DNA of 64,000 nt, taken from IMG/VR virus record IMGVR_UViG_3300021519_000916, positions 1-64,000 of that record. One strand, 5' to 3'. The notes under the pieces are model-generated. The model was not told the DNA's origin. It did not search any database and saw nothing but the letters and a program-made list of their open reading frames with translations. The stretch is from a virus. Both the position numbers and the translations under genes were made by a program. Shown here piece by piece: positions 47,552 through 56,807 of the stretch (the first letter of the stretch is position 1; every line of letters starts with the position of its first letter).

Positions 47552-49843
47552 ATGATAAATCACAATCCCGAAATAGAAGTGGTAATTACCAACGCAACAG
47601 AGTTGGCACGTAAGTACAATCACGAGTATGTGACGTTAGAACACCTTGCACACGGATTACTTAGTTATAAACCATTCAGCGAGCTCATGTTAGCATTTGG
47701 AGTAGATGTTGATGGTATACTAAACGACCTTGACGAGTATATCCAAAAGCAAACATACATTGCTGGCGGCGAAGTTGATATTGTACCAAAGAAAACACAT
47801 AGCCTAGAGCGTGTGTTCAATCGTGCATTTACTCAGGTGTTATTCAGTGGTCGTAACCATGTTCAAATTATTGATATCTTTTTGAGTCTGTCAAATGAAA
47901 GCAATAGCCATGCTAGTTACTTTTTTATTAAGTATGGACTAGAACGTAGTCAAGTTGTTGACTTTTACAATAAACACTATGTTGAAACAAAACAAAAACG
48001 TATACCGGCTAGTGCTCGTTCTGATGCTATTTTGGCTGAGTATTGCGAAAACTTAAACGTACAGGCCAAAGAAGGAAAGATTGATCCTGTGGTTGGGCGT
48101 GAGTTTGAATTGGATGAGATCGCGCAGATCCTGGCTAAACGTAATAAATCAAATGTGTTAATGGTTGGTGATGCTGGTGTGGGTAAGACAGCAATCGCAG
48201 AAGGACTTGCACGTAATATCACTACCGGCGATGTACCAGAGTACCTACGTGATTATACTGTATACAATCTTGACATTGGCAGTTTACTTGCTGGGTCTAA
48301 GTACCGCGGTGAGTTTGAAGAAAAGTTTAAAGACGTTATTGGTGCATTGAGACACAAAGGTAAATGTGTGTTGTTCATTGATGAAGCACATCAGATGCGT
48401 GGTGCAGGTGCCGGTGGTGGTGGATCATCTGTGGACTTTGCTAACATGATTAAACCAGCATTGTCCAAGGGAACAATTAAAGTTATTGCATCCACAACAT
48501 GGGAAGAATATACAGGTAGCTTTGAAAAAGATCGTGCGCTAATGCGTAGGTTCTGCCGTATGACGATTGAAGAACCAAGCTCTGTAGTCGCAAAAGAAAT
48601 TCTACGTGGACTTCGCGAGTATTTTGAAAAGTTCCACGGTGGTAGTATTAGTGACGAAGCAATTGAAGCCGCAGTTGAGTTGAGTGTACGTTATCAACCG
48701 GATAAGAAATTACCGGATAAGGCAATTGATTTAATTGATACTGCTTGTGCTAAATTAAAAATTAATGCAATGGCGTGGACCTGCCGTAAGAGTCATATTG
48801 TAGATATCATTAGTAAATTTACTAAAATTCCAGCAGAACAAATTGGATCTGAATCTACAAAGAGTCTTGTTAATCTCGAAGAAACAGTTAAAACAAAGCT
48901 CTATGGGCAAGATGCTGTAGTTGAAACAGTACTTGAAAAAATCTATGTTGCCCGTGCTGGACTTAAAGCAATGAACAAGCCAATTGGTAACTTCTTATTT
49001 CTGGGACCAACAGGCACAGGTAAAACAGAGCTTGCCAAGTTACTTGCTGAAGGTATGGGAATGAAACTCTTGCGATACGATATGAGCGAGTATCAAGAAA
49101 AACATTCCTTGTCTAAGTTGATTGGTGCTCCCCCAGGATATGTAGGCTACGACGATAGCAACTTAGGTGGTGGTATGCTAATCAGTGATATTGAAAAAAA
49201 TCCTAATTGCGTTATACTGTTTGACGAAATTGAAAAAGCACATCCAGACGTAACTAATATCCTACTACAGCTAATGGATGAAGGTGCAATTACCAGTAGC
49301 AATGGTAAGAAGGCCGATGCACGTAATAGTATTGTTATTCTAACAAGTAACCTAGGCGCAAGTGCTAACGAACAAAACAATATTGGATTCGGTCGCGAGT
49401 TACAGAAGTCTGGTGAGGATGACAAAGCTGTTAAAGACTTCTTTAAGCCTGAGTTCCGTAATCGTTTAGATGGTATTTGTAAATTCAATAAACTAGATGA
49501 CATAAGCATTAGGAAAATTGTTGCTAAGTTTATTAACGAAATAAATGACCTACTAAGTGAGAAGTCATTGAAAATTAGACTAACCGAAGCCGCTGTTGAT
49601 CAATTGGCAAAAGTTGGTTACGATAGTAAAATGGGTGCAAGACCCTTGGGACGTAAAATCAACGACCTTATCAAGGTACCGTTAAGTAAAAAAATATTGT
49701 TTGATACTATAGTACCAAACAGTATTATTGAAATTGATTACGACCAAGTTGAATTTAAATTTAATACGTTGGGACAATATTTGTCTGCAACACCAACCAT
49801 AGACTCCAATGGATACATCGTTCTGGATTCAGTGCAATCCTGA
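47552..49843 (+). CDS. clpA: ClpA-like AAA+ unfoldase
   Basis: Clp N domain, GDAGVGKT and GPTGTGKT Walker A motifs, GAPPGYVG, IGF loop. Confidence 0.93.
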   Translation: MINHNPEIEVVITNATELARKYNHEYVTLEHLAHGLLSYKPFSELMLAFGVDVDGILNDLDEYIQKQTYIAGGEVDIVPKKTHSLERVFNRAFTQVLFSGRNHVQIIDIFLSLSNESNSHASYFFIKYGLERSQVVDFYNKHYVETKQKRIPASARSDAILAEYCENLNVQAKEGKIDPVVGREFELDEIAQILAKRNKSNVLMVGDAGVGKTAIAEGLARNITTGDVPEYLRDYTVYNLDIGSLLAGSKYRGEFEEKFKDVIGALRHKGKCVLFIDEAHQMRGAGAGGGGSSVDFANMIKPALSKGTIKVIASTTWEEYTGSFEKDRALMRRFCRMTIEEPSSVVAKEILRGLREYFEKFHGGSISDEAIEAAVELSVRYQPDKKLPDKAIDLIDTACAKLKINAMAWTCRKSHIVDIISKFTKIPAEQIGSESTKSLVNLEETVKTKLYGQDAVVETVLEKIYVARAGLKAMNKPIGNFLFLGPTGTGKTELAKLLAEGMGMKLLRYDMSEYQEKHSLSKLIGAPPGYVGYDDSNLGGGMLISDIEKNPNCVILFDEIEKAHPDVTNILLQLMDEGAITSSNGKKADARNSIVILTSNLGASANEQNNIGFGRELQKSGEDDKAVKDFFKPEFRNRLDGICKFNKLDDISIRKIVAKFINEINDLLSEKSLKIRLTEAAVDQLAKVGYDSKMGARPLGRKINDLIKVPLSKKILFDTIVPNSIIEIDYDQVEFKFNTLGQYLSATPTIDSNGYIVLDSVQS

Positions 49844-50543
49844 TATAACTGTAGAACACACTACTAAAAAGTATTTTGGGAAATATCTATATAAACTAGA
49901 TATATATTCTCCTGCTGGTAGATTAATATACAGCAAAGGAGATATACTTAGTGGACTAGATCATCGAAAACGCACAGCCAAAACGATTAATCATGCTGGT
50001 TGGTGGGGTTCCGGCGGAAACAATTTTAAAGGAATAGATAGAGCAGATGTAGGTTTATTGGATGCCATTAGAACGTTGCGTAATAATCCAGCACACACTA
50101 TTCATTTACGGGTAGAAGAACCGCACGTTCAAATATATGCGTCAACTGAATCTGAATTACAGTCATTAGTTAATAACAAGTTTGGCCAATTCCTCCCAGC
50201 CCTATTTAGAATAACAGGACCCGAAAGTAGCACAGCAGCAAACATATTAGAAACTGGTGCCATTATCCGAAAGAAAGAAGTTGGCTACAAATACAAAGTT
50301 ATTCTCAGAGATGGTAGATATACACAAGAAGTTAAGGCGGGCATATTACAGTACCTAATAAATATTGGGTTGACTACTGTAAAAATACCCAAAAGCGCCA
50401 TTAATTCGCTGGGTACAAATAATTCATTTATTTGGAATTGTTATTTCTACACAAACGACCTAAGTATAAACACTTTTATAACTTTGATATCCCCGGGCAT
50501 AATATCAAAATCGCACGAGCTGGTCATACTAGCCGATAAATAG
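49809..50543 (+). CDS. hypothetical protein
   Basis: 244 aa ORF. Confidence 0.65.
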   Translation: MDTSFWIQCNPDITVEHTTKKYFGKYLYKLDIYSPAGRLIYSKGDILSGLDHRKRTAKTINHAGWWGSGGNNFKGIDRADVGLLDAIRTLRNNPAHTIHLRVEEPHVQIYASTESELQSLVNNKFGQFLPALFRITGPESSTAANILETGAIIRKKEVGYKYKVILRDGRYTQEVKAGILQYLINIGLTTVKIPKSAINSLGTNNSFIWNCYFYTNDLSINTFITLISPGIISKSHELVILADK

Positions 50544-50566
50544 AAGTATACTTCAAGGAGTGGCAA

Positions 50567-50731
50567 ATGGCCAAAATTCAAACCGAAACAGTTGTAATCA
50601 CCTTCAATAAACTAATCAAAGACTCAGATGCTGAAACAGCATCATTAACTGCCGATACCTTATCAGCACTAGAGCAAGTGGCCCAGGAATTAGCGGGCAG
50701 TGGCGTAGTAGTTGAAGTACAAGTAGCTTAA
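50567..50731 (+). CDS. small hypothetical protein (54 aa, not in ORF track)
   Basis: AAGGAG RBS, TAAATA at 50537; MAKIQTETVVITFNKLIKDSD...VVVEVQVA*. Confidence 0.7.
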   Translation: MAKIQTETVVITFNKLIKDSDAETASLTADTLSALEQVAQELAGSGVVVEVQVA

Positions 50732-50753
50732 TCAATTAACCAGAGAGAACTCA

Positions 50754-51611
50754 ATGAGCGACAAAAAAATTAATCAAAAAGATGCGGTAGCAATGATCAA
50801 GGCAGCAGCCGCAAAACAAAAACTTGCGGCGGCTCAACCGCAGGCACAACAAGAAGGCCAACCGTACGATTTTAAACGAAATCATTTACACATTGGTATT
50901 CCTTGTTATGGTGGTATGGTATCCGAACCTACTATGACTAGCTTTTTAAGATTTACTCTTTTGGCTACACAGGCTGGATTAAATTGGTCACTTGACACAA
51001 TGGTTAACGAATCATTGGTTACTCGTGCTCGTAACAATTTAATGGCTAAAATGATGACCAATAAAGAAGCAACACATTTTATGTTTATCGATGCAGATAT
51101 ACGTTTCCAACCTGATAGTATCTTATCAATGATGGCGCACGAAAAAGATGTCATTGGTGGACTATATCCTAAAAAAGCACTACCGGTTAATTATGTTATT
51201 AACTTAAAACCAGAAACAAAAATCCAAGGCGACATTTTTACAGTTGATACAATGGGTACAGGTTTCCTAATGTTTAAGCGCAATGTATACGAGAAGTTAA
51301 TTGCCGCACATCCAGAATGCAAATATGTAGACGATGTGGGTCTTGGTAAACAATATGAGCCAATGATGTATTCAATCTTTGATTGCGAAATCGATGAGCG
51401 TGGACATTATCTAAGCGAAGACTGGTTGTTCTGTCGTAGATGGCAAAAAATTGGTGGCGAGATTTGGGCCCATAGTAAAGTATTGCTCAATCACGTTGGA
51501 CACTACGAATATGCTGGTGACTTGGATAAACTCAAAATTGCCGAGCGTGGCAGTATGGGTATTATTGAAGATACCCTCGCTTCACAAGGTGCCAGAGTAG
51601 AAAAGGCATAA
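50754..51611 (+). CDS. GT-A fold glycosyltransferase-like protein
   Basis: IGIP, RARN, FIDADI (DxD), GTGF, SEDWLFC, HVG. Confidence 0.8.
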   Translation: MSDKKINQKDAVAMIKAAAAKQKLAAAQPQAQQEGQPYDFKRNHLHIGIPCYGGMVSEPTMTSFLRFTLLATQAGLNWSLDTMVNESLVTRARNNLMAKMMTNKEATHFMFIDADIRFQPDSILSMMAHEKDVIGGLYPKKALPVNYVINLKPETKIQGDIFTVDTMGTGFLMFKRNVYEKLIAAHPECKYVDDVGLGKQYEPMMYSIFDCEIDERGHYLSEDWLFCRRWQKIGGEIWAHSKVLLNHVGHYEYAGDLDKLKIAERGSMGIIEDTLASQGARVEKA

Positions 51612-51624
51612 CAACGGAGTTTAT

Positions 51625-52074
51625 ATGTCATCAACAGAAAAATTGCATTTTAAAGTTGGCCTATCAGGAACCTATTGGAAAAAGGTTCCTGTTTATAGTG
51701 TACTAGTTAATGACTTAACAATTTTTACAAAAAACAAAATAACAAATCCAACAGACGAAGTTGAATATATTGAGTTTGATGCTGAAATAGCAGATGGGCC
51801 TGCTACTCTGCATATACGCCTTGACAATAAAGACTGGACAGATACTGTACAAAATGACGATAAGACCGAAATTCTTAAAGACATGATGTTAAACATAGTA
51901 AGTATTGAAATTGATGAAATTTCCCTTGGTAATTTAGTATACACTAAGAGTATTTTTGTTGGTGATGATACTACTCGACCAGATCTTGACAAATGTGTAA
52001 ATTTAGGATGGAACGGTACTTGGACTTTAGAGTTTACCAGCCCATTCTACATTTGGCTCCTTGAAAACATTTAA
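51625..52074 (+). CDS. hypothetical beta-rich protein
   Basis: ORF with GGAG RBS; resembles 53123..53413. Confidence 0.65.
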   Translation: MSSTEKLHFKVGLSGTYWKKVPVYSVLVNDLTIFTKNKITNPTDEVEYIEFDAEIADGPATLHIRLDNKDWTDTVQNDDKTEILKDMMLNIVSIEIDEISLGNLVYTKSIFVGDDTTRPDLDKCVNLGWNGTWTLEFTSPFYIWLLENI

Positions 52075-52103
52075 ACTAAATATAGTAATAGGATACTATT
52101 ACT

Positions 52104-53120
52104 ATGTTTCTTTCAGAACTTAACGAACCAAATTTACTTGTAGTCTACTGCGGTAGATTCCAGCCTTTTCACAAAGGGCATCATGCTGTATACGAATACC
52201 TCACCGGCAAATTTGGGGTTAACAATGTATATATTGCAACCAGCAACAAAGTAGATCCCCCACGTAGCCCATTTTCCTTTTCAGAGAAGTCATATTTCAT
52301 GCAATTGACTGGGGTTCCCGGCCACCGTGTTATACAGGTATCCAACAATTATAATGTAACAGAAGTAGCAAAAGCATTAAACATGGACGATCAATCCATG
52401 GCAAATACTGTGTTAATTTTCCCAGTTAGTGAAAAAGATATGGCTGAAGAGCCACGTTTTCAATCCTGGACTAAAAAAGACGGCTCCCCGGGTGCTCTAC
52501 AACCTTTAGAAAATATTAAAGATACCAAGAGCATGAAAGAGTTTGCTTATATAATGACTGTACCTACATTTGACTTTAAAGTAATGGGACAACCAATGCG
52601 GTCGGGTACAGAACTTAGACAACAATACATTGATAGTGATGAAAAAACACGCGGTACTATAGTTGCAGATTTGTTTGGTAAGTACACCAGAGAAGCAGAG
52701 CAACTTATGACTAAAGCATTGGCGCCAGCTGCACCAATTGCTCCTCCTACAGCCATTCCTAAGTTACCTAAACCTGCCAAAGCTGCAGGTGGTGTAGTAA
52801 AGGGTATTAAAGAAGGCGGACTCGATCATTCATGGGCTGTTAAAGATGAGAAAACTGGTGAGATGGGTATACGTCCTGCTGGTGGTATGGGTACATGGAC
52901 TGAACCTACTTTAATAAGTAGCCTACTCCGCGACCTAGCAACAGTTGAAGCAAAAATTACTGCAAAAAACGCAACTGATGCTGAGTATATACTGTATCAA
53001 AAATATAGCACAGTAAAAGCTAAACTACAAGCACTGGCAAAATACGAACAATTTGTACTACGCAATGGTAAGCGTGCCATTAAGCCGGGTCGAGAAATTG
53101 ATCTAGGAGAGGACAAATAA
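52104..53120 (+). CDS. cytidylyltransferase-like (HxGH) nucleotidyltransferase with C-terminal extension
   Basis: GRFQPFHKGH, SPFSFSEK, SGTELR; TAAATA at 52077. Confidence 0.8.
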   Translation: MFLSELNEPNLLVVYCGRFQPFHKGHHAVYEYLTGKFGVNNVYIATSNKVDPPRSPFSFSEKSYFMQLTGVPGHRVIQVSNNYNVTEVAKALNMDDQSMANTVLIFPVSEKDMAEEPRFQSWTKKDGSPGALQPLENIKDTKSMKEFAYIMTVPTFDFKVMGQPMRSGTELRQQYIDSDEKTRGTIVADLFGKYTREAEQLMTKALAPAAPIAPPTAIPKLPKPAKAAGGVVKGIKEGGLDHSWAVKDEKTGEMGIRPAGGMGTWTEPTLISSLLRDLATVEAKITAKNATDAEYILYQKYSTVKAKLQALAKYEQFVLRNGKRAIKPGREIDLGEDK

Positions 53121-53122
53121 TC

Positions 53123-53413
53123 ATGTCCTTGGTAGCAATGAGTGTTGATATTTACTGTGATAACTCACATGGTAAGCACCCGTATTATAGACTATGGGTT
53201 GACAACGAATTGCTAACTGAACGCACATGGATTTGGCCCACGTACGAAATTTTTATACAAGAGAATATAGAAGTGGATATAGAACCCGGCGAACATCATA
53301 TCCGCATTGATAATTGCGGGTCAAAAACAAATTTTGATCTAAAGAATTTAATAGTAGATGGAACTCCACTGCAAGCCGTAACATCACATCAAGATTTGAG
53401 CTTTACAATCTAA
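53123..53413 (+). CDS. hypothetical protein
   Basis: YRLWVDNELLTERTW; AGGAG RBS. Confidence 0.65.
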   Translation: MSLVAMSVDIYCDNSHGKHPYYRLWVDNELLTERTWIWPTYEIFIQENIEVDIEPGEHHIRIDNCGSKTNFDLKNLIVDGTPLQAVTSHQDLSFTI

Positions 53414-53444
53414 CACATAAATATACAATATTGGGATTAACCGA

Positions 53445-54074
53445 ATGAAAACAACAGAATTTATTAATGAAAATGCCTTTATTGGGCAAGATGCACATAT
53501 TATGCACGAAGAGCATAAGCTACAGTCTATACGTGTAAATTTGCATAATATCGCCATAAACAGCGTAGCAATCCATAAACTATTACGTAGACTTGAAAGC
53601 GATAGCGACATTGCGCTATATGCCGAATCAATCAAAGAAGCCGAATCATTGATACAACATGTATTAGAAGAAGTAGAATACGCAACAGCAGACCATAGTT
53701 ATATGGATGCTGAAATGGAATCGTTTAATCCAACTATTGCTGAAGCTAAGTTTGCCGAAGAAACATTGCCTTGGGAAACCGATGCTGAATCTAAAAAGCG
53801 CGAAGCTGGTGAGAAAGAAAAATCTGCATTTAAAAAACCAAAGAATCCTAATCGTACTGGACCCGATGCTGCCAAGGCACTGGCACAAAAAGGCGCATCT
53901 ACTGTTAAAGAAGATGCAACTGGTGGTTCTTCGATGAGTAGTTCTGTTGCTGTTACTCCACAGACGCTGGGTGAAAAAGGCACATTCAGTAAAAAAGAAG
54001 TTAATAAAAAATTAGGCAATTATAGTAATGTACTTACACGCGGCGGCCCAGTTAAGGTTGGGAAGTCAAAATAA
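53445..54074 (+). CDS. putative internal head protein
   Basis: MKTTEFINE N-terminus; TAAATA at 53418. Confidence 0.55.
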   Translation: MKTTEFINENAFIGQDAHIMHEEHKLQSIRVNLHNIAINSVAIHKLLRRLESDSDIALYAESIKEAESLIQHVLEEVEYATADHSYMDAEMESFNPTIAEAKFAEETLPWETDAESKKREAGEKEKSAFKKPKNPNRTGPDAAKALAQKGASTVKEDATGGSSMSSSVAVTPQTLGEKGTFSKKEVNKKLGNYSNVLTRGGPVKVGKSK

Positions 54075-54787
54075 TGGATAATAATTTTAACGACATTTTA
54101 AATATTTTTAAGCGTTTAGATGAAAGCGCAAAACCTGTTGTACAGGAAAATAATGATTTTCCGGGCTATTGGACAGGTAAGATGTCGGCTAAACAATCTA
54201 GAAATAAAATGGTTGGTGCCGCTGAGAGTATTGAACAAAAACTACAAAAGCAATTTGACAATCCAAAAGACGAACCACAGAAGCAAAAGTTTCGTGTGGA
54301 AGTTACAGTAAGCGACCCAAACCACACAATGGTAACTCAGCGCAATGAACTAAAACGTAGGGTATGTAAAGTAACAGCAACCGATGAAAATAATGCTGTT
54401 GACACGGCAATCCATTGGTATAAAAAACAAGGTTATAAAGTACACGATCATCACTTCATTGGCGCAGACGAACAATCGTTAACAGAATTTGGTGCCGACG
54501 GCATTGGCGCAACTCCCGGTGCACAAGCTGCTGATCCAGCCGCAGATGCAAAAGAACTACAAGCAACAACACAGGCCTTACAAAAACTTGGTGCTGTAAC
54601 TGGTACAAAAATTCCAGTTGCACAAACAGCAAAATCAATGTCTAGTGATGCACCACCAAGCCCAGCCGATAATGCAAAAAATGCAATGGTCGCTAAACAA
54701 ATTGAGCCTTTGTTAACCGATCCAGCTGCCGCGGGCAAGTTAACTAGTTTAATTAAACAGCAACAAACTGAACCCGGAGCCGAATAA
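54074..54787 (+). CDS. putative internal head protein (modular)
   Basis: Modules separated by xxE linkers. Confidence 0.5.
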   Translation: MDNNFNDILNIFKRLDESAKPVVQENNDFPGYWTGKMSAKQSRNKMVGAAESIEQKLQKQFDNPKDEPQKQKFRVEVTVSDPNHTMVTQRNELKRRVCKVTATDENNAVDTAIHWYKKQGYKVHDHHFIGADEQSLTEFGADGIGATPGAQAADPAADAKELQATTQALQKLGAVTGTKIPVAQTAKSMSSDAPPSPADNAKNAMVAKQIEPLLTDPAAAGKLTSLIKQQQTEPGAE

Positions 54788-56373
54788 TGTTTTTACATGA
54801 CTTTTTTGATACTAAAAAATCCGCAGTTAAAGAAGGAGAAACTACTTTAACTAAAACTGGTCGTGTACATCGCTCAACAGATGCGTACGGTGGTACCCCA
54901 CGCGAGCCAGATTCACTTGGTAACAAGTTAGATAAAGCTGGCACAAATAGTATTGAACGAGCATTAGATATTAAGTGGGATAGAAAGAAAGAATGGCAAG
55001 GCGGCGTTGAAGTAGATACGTCAGAAGGAATAGCTGGTGAACTGATTGGTGGTACCATTGGTGGAGTAGCAGGAACATTAGGTGGTGCCGCAGTAGGTGG
55101 TCCAATGGGTGCATTAGTTGGTGGTGCCGCAGGCGGTACTGCTGGACAAATGGCCGGTAGAGAGCTAACTAAAGAAGAAGGCCGAGAACGAATTTATAGC
55201 AATGGCGATAGAGTAAAATTAAATTCTACATACGCCGATTATCGTAACCCAAATGAGATATTCACTGTATCACAATGTGATCAAGAACGTAAACGTTGTT
55301 GGATCGGCGATAAAAGCGGTAGTGGATGGTATGCAACATTTGATCAATTGATTCCAGCAAGATCTCGTGCCAAAGAAGATGACACCAAGTTAAACAAAAA
55401 TATCGATAACGGCCACCTACGTATGTTGGTACACCGTGCAATGAAAGCAAGACAAGCTGGAAAGTCATTGACTAGTGTAATGCGGTCCGATGAAATTAAA
55501 ACATTGCTAATGGCCAAAGGCACAGGACAATTAAAAGATTTATTTGCAGAAGATTCATGGCATGGCGAAGGCGAAGCATGGCACGGCGGTGGCAATGAGC
55601 CAATGGATGCATGGCACGGACAAGAAGGCGTAACAGAAGAACAACTTGATGAATTTTTGCCAGCATTGGCCGCAGGTGCCGGTGCATTGGCACGTGGTGC
55701 TGCAATGGCAGGAGGCGCGGCGCTAAAAGGCGCACAAGTAGTGGGTGGTGCGGCATTAAAAGGTGCTCAAGCAGTTGCTCCGGGTCTAGTAAAAGGCGCT
55801 CAAGCGGCAGGTAATGCTGTTGTAAAAGGTGCTCAAGCAATTGCTCCGGGCGTTGTAAAAACTGGACAAGCAATTGGAAAAGTCCCAGGTCAAGTTGAAA
55901 AAGGATTAATAAAGGGCTTTGAAGTTCTTGATGCTCTTGTTCCAGGCGGCATCTTTGATGCAAACGGTAATATAAAGAGTCCTCAAATCTTATCAAAATT
56001 CTTAACACCACAACAAATACAACAGGTGCAACAACAGCCAGTACAACAACAATCACCTAGCCAACAAGTAGCACAGAATCAACAACAAGTTGCGGCCGAA
56101 GGTTATTTTTCAGATCTAGATGTTCAAAAGAAAGATAGGCAGTATGCTGGTACAAAAGCATATCACGCTAAGAAGAAAGCCGAAAAAGAAAAGAATGCTA
56201 CAGATGCCAAGACCGCGTTTGATGCTAAGTTTGGTGGTAGCAATCCAGTGGGTTCTCTTAAAATTAGAGAGCAAGGTGTGGCGGAAGGTACCAACTACTG
56301 GACTAAGTTACAGGACGCTCGCAATAAAAAAATAAATAGTTTAGTCAACGAATTAAAAGAGAGTATAATGTAA
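54787..56373 (+). CDS. modular putative head/ejection protein with glycine zipper and 11-residue repeats
   Basis: GxxxG zipper, KGAQ repeats, Q-rich tract, EQGVAEG. Confidence 0.55.
   Translation: MFLHDFFDTKKSAVKEGETTLTKTGRVHRSTDAYGGTPREPDSLGNKLDKAGTNSIERALDIKWDRKKEWQGGVEVDTSEGIAGELIGGTIGGVAGTLGGAAVGGPMGALVGGAAGGTAGQMAGRELTKEEGRERIYSNGDRVKLNSTYADYRNPNEIFTVSQCDQERKRCWIGDKSGSGWYATFDQLIPARSRAKEDDTKLNKNIDNGHLRMLVHRAMKARQAGKSLTSVMRSDEIKTLLMAKGTGQLKDLFAEDSWHGEGEAWHGGGNEPMDAWHGQEGVTEEQLDEFLPALAAGAGALARGAAMAGGAALKGAQVVGGAALKGAQAVAPGLVKGAQAAGNAVVKGAQAIAPGVVKTGQAIGKVPGQVEKGLIKGFEVLDALVPGGIFDANGNIKSPQILSKFLTPQQIQQVQQQPVQQQSPSQQVAQNQQQVAAEGYFSDLDVQKKDRQYAGTKAYHAKKKAEKEKNATDAKTAFDAKFGGSNPVGSLKIREQGVAEGTNYWTKLQDARNKKINSLVNELKESIM
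55711..55875 (+). repeat. 33-bp (11-aa) degenerate tandem repeat, 5 copies
   Basis: GGAALKGAQVV/GGAALKGAQAV/APGLVKGAQAA/GNAVVKGAQAI/APGVVKTGQAI. Confidence 0.8.
56269..56286 (+). repeat. 18-bp dispersed repeat, copy 1 (EQGVAE)
   Basis: GAGCAAGGTGTGGCGGAA, identical at 57602. Confidence 0.9.
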
Positions 56374-56807
56374 TGGAAGAACTACAAAAAGCCGCTAAGA
56401 TAGCATTTGCCTCAGAATTTAGTTTTTATCTAAAGGCACATTTCTTTCACTGGAACGTAGAAGGTATCAACTTCCGTGAACTACACGATTTGTTTGGAAC
56501 GATCTACGAAGAAGTATATGGTAGTATTGATGACTTTGCTGAAAAGATCCGTGCCTTGGGTGCGTATGCGCCAGGTAGTAACAGTCGCTTTAGTATGCTT
56601 AGTCGTATAGAAGATGAAACCGATGTGCTACCCGCTGAACAAATGGTTGTTGAACTATTACAAGATAGCGACAACATGGTTAAAATTTTAAAACGTGTAT
56701 ACGACATCGCCGAGGCTGCTGGCGAACATGGTTTCTCTAACTTCTTGGCTGAACGTATGGATGCACATCGCAAGCACAGCTGGCAATTGCGTGCCACAGC
56801 AAAATGA
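56373..56807 (+). CDS. dps: Dps DNA-protection/ferritin-like protein
   Basis: HFFHWNVEG..F..LH..F, DDFAEKIRALG, KHSWQL. Confidence 0.93.
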   Translation: MEELQKAAKIAFASEFSFYLKAHFFHWNVEGINFRELHDLFGTIYEEVYGSIDDFAEKIRALGAYAPGSNSRFSMLSRIEDETDVLPAEQMVVELLQDSDNMVKILKRVYDIAEAAGEHGFSNFLAERMDAHRKHSWQLRATAK

